Shown piece after piece: positions 62,289-64,000 of a stretch of 64,000 nt of DNA. The position numbers and the translations under genes were made by a program. The stretch lies in assembly GCA_031378845.1 (NCBI GenBank), contig JANNES010000016.1, positions 51,616 through 115,615 on the forward strand, in the 5' to 3' direction. Position 1 is the first letter of the stretch, and each line of letters begins with the position of its first letter. The stretch comes from Rhodobacterales bacterium. GTDB taxonomy: Bacteria; Pseudomonadota; Alphaproteobacteria; Rhodobacterales; Rhodobacteraceae. A model generated the notes under the pieces. The model was not told the DNA's origin. It worked only from the letters and a program-made list of their open reading frames with translations, and searched no databases.

Positions 62289-63626
62289 ATGACCACGCAC
62301 TACGCCGATATGCGCAAGATTGACCCGACCCGTGGCTCCGCGCTGGCCGACGGCTCACCGAACGACAACAACCGTGTCGAAATTGGTCCAACCCAGCTGG
62401 CCTTTGCCGAATGGGCAGCGGCAGGGCTGACGCCGCCCAACCTTGCGACCATGCGCCACTACCGGTGGGAACGGCTGACCCAAGCCCTCGTCAAACGCGA
62501 TTACGGCGGGTTGTTGATGTATGACCCGCTCAACATCCGCTACGCGACCGATACCACCAACATGCAGCTGTGGAACACGCATAACCCGTTCCGCGCCTGC
62601 CTGATCTGCGCCGATGGCCACATGGTGATGTGGGAATACAAGAATTCGCCGTTCCTTGTGACCTTCAATCCACTGGTCAGGGAACTCCGTTCCGGTGCAA
62701 CGTTCTTTTACAACTCCACCGGCGACCGCGGTCAGGCTGCGGCCAGCGCGTTCGCCGCCCAGGTGGATGAGATCATGCGCGAACACGCCGGCACCAACCG
62801 CCGCCTGGCCGTGGACAAGATCATGGTCCACGGCCTGCGCGCCCTTGAATCCATAGGGTTTGAGGTGATGGAAGGCGAAGAGGTCACCGAACGTACCCGC
62901 GCCATCAAAGGCCCCGATGACATGCGTGCCATGCGCTGCGCGGCCCATGCCTGTGAACAATCCGTCGCGACGATGGAGGCGTTCACCCGGCAAAACGTGC
63001 CGCACGGCAAAACCTCCGAGGATGACATCTGGGCCATCCTGCACGCCGAAAACATCCGGCGCGGCGGCGAATGGATCGAGACGCGCCTGCTCGCATCCGG
63101 CCCGCGTACCAATCCGTGGTTTCAGGAATGCGGTCCCCGCCTCGTGCAAAACAACGAGATTGTCACCTTTGATACCGACCTGATCGGTGCCTACGGCTTT
63201 TGCATCGACATCTCACGCACGTGGTGGGTGGGCGATCAGCGCCCAACCAACGCGATGATCTCGGCCTATGCGCACGCGCTCGATCATATCCGCGACCACG
63301 AGGCCCGCCTGAAACCCGGCGTATCGATCCGTGAGTTGACCTTTGGCGGGCACCAGCTGGACGACCAGTATTGGGCGCAGAAGTATTCGTGCAAGATGCA
63401 TGGCGTCGGCCTTTGCGATGAATGGCCTTACGTCACCTATCTTGATGGCTGGACCGAGGGCGCCTTTGATGCGGTCCTTGAACCCGGCATGACGATCTGT
63501 GTCGAGGCGCTGGTCTCGCCCGAGGGCGGCGATTTTTCGATCAAGCTTGAAGATCAGGTGCTGATCACCGAAACGGGCTGTGAAAACCTCACGCGCTATC
63601 CGTTTGACGGGCGACTGATGGGATAG
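62289..63626 (+). CDS. dddP: M24-peptidase-fold DMSP lyase DddP-like protein
   Basis: Start at MTTHYADMRKIDPTRG (ATG 62289). It agrees closely, from memory, with roseobacter DddP along its length (IEIGPTQLAF.EWA, NIRYATD.TNMQLWNTHNPFRA, GEWIETRLLASGPRTNPWFQECGPR, GGDFSIKLEDQVLITE). Confidence 0.8.
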   Translation: MTTHYADMRKIDPTRGSALADGSPNDNNRVEIGPTQLAFAEWAAAGLTPPNLATMRHYRWERLTQALVKRDYGGLLMYDPLNIRYATDTTNMQLWNTHNPFRACLICADGHMVMWEYKNSPFLVTFNPLVRELRSGATFFYNSTGDRGQAAASAFAAQVDEIMREHAGTNRRLAVDKIMVHGLRALESIGFEVMEGEEVTERTRAIKGPDDMRAMRCAAHACEQSVATMEAFTRQNVPHGKTSEDDIWAILHAENIRRGGEWIETRLLASGPRTNPWFQECGPRLVQNNEIVTFDTDLIGAYGFCIDISRTWWVGDQRPTNAMISAYAHALDHIRDHEARLKPGVSIRELTFGGHQLDDQYWAQKYSCKMHGVGLCDEWPYVTYLDGWTEGAFDAVLEPGMTICVEALVSPEGGDFSIKLEDQVLITETGCENLTRYPFDGRLMG

Positions 63627-63704
63627 CGACGGGGGCTCGGCCCCCGAACCCCCGGGACATTTGTACCAACAAGAAAATTTGCCCCTGAAAGAAAACGCGT
63701 GAGG

Positions 63705-64000
63705 TCAGCCGGCGGGGACCATCCGGTAGGCCGCACCGTTATGCACCGACAAAAACCAGACCGCGCCATCAGGACCTTCGACGACATCGCGCACCCGACC
63801 GGTTTCGGGGCTTGATATCCGTTCTTCCGCAAAGCGGTTGTCGGGGTCGAGCCGCGACAGATAGTCGAACTTCAGACTGCCGACAAAGAAATCTCCCTTC
63901 CACTGCGGGAACATCCGCCCTGAATGGATCATCAGGCCCGACGGCGCGATGGACGGATCCCAATACGTCACGGGCTGTTCCAACCCCTTTTTGGAGCTGC
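63705..64000 (-). CDS. PQQ-dependent sugar dehydrogenase (soluble glucose/sorbosone dehydrogenase family), C-terminal fragment
   Basis: C-terminal propeller blades (WDPSIAPSGL..., GDFFVGSL, RDVVEGPDGAVW). The frame stays open to the window end. Confidence 0.7.
   Translation of the reverse strand, partial: SSKKGLEQPVTYWDPSIAPSGLMIHSGRMFPQWKGDFFVGSLKFDYLSRLDPDNRFAEERISSPETGRVRDVVEGPDGAVWFLSVHNGAAYRMVPAG

Overview
This is a high-GC alphaproteobacterial chromosome segment. Gene content points to Rhodobacterales (roseobacter-like): an RcGTA-type cluster, a DddP-like M24 protein, Hint-domain proteins and a lipoyl-bearing PdhB. Most of the window is core metabolism and housekeeping: acnA, B12-dependent nrdJ, eno, anmK/tyrS, two cyclophilins, pgk, class I fba, ftsB-pdhABC, cysE, mltG-fabF...acpP-fabG-fabD, rpsF-rpsR-rplI, tig, nnr and glnBA.

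The dominant non-housekeeping element is a complete ~14 kb gene transfer agent (GTA) head-tail cluster on the minus strand (g1-g15 including g3.5 and g10.1, 29650-43657). It has no integrase, repressor, replication or lysis genes and sits between cysE and mltG-fabF. A perfect CtrA-type TTAA-N7-TTAA box and a sigma70-like promoter lie upstream of g1.

Other items worth a second look:
- a 97-aa ORF 3 nt downstream of g15
- a translationally coupled acyltransferase/CdsA-paralog/CDP-alcohol-phosphatidyltransferase module (ynbB/ynbA-like)
- a ~140-nt in-frame GC-rich palindromic-repeat insertion inside nnr
- a ~2.2 kb insertion splitting acpP from fabF, carrying an arginase-family gene with a GGDDS motif and a decayed IS630-like remnant
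- a low-GC orphan ImmA/IrrE gene with an in-frame stop just upstream
- two Hint-domain genes flanking tRNA-Leu(UAG)
- near-identical lipoyl-domain repeats in pdhB and pdhC
- a DUF3445/DddP divergent pair

I do not see a convincing new multi-gene defence or secretion system. The GTA cluster belongs to a known family, and the remaining items are leads, not discoveries. All calls come from reading the supplied translations and sequence by eye. No searches were run.
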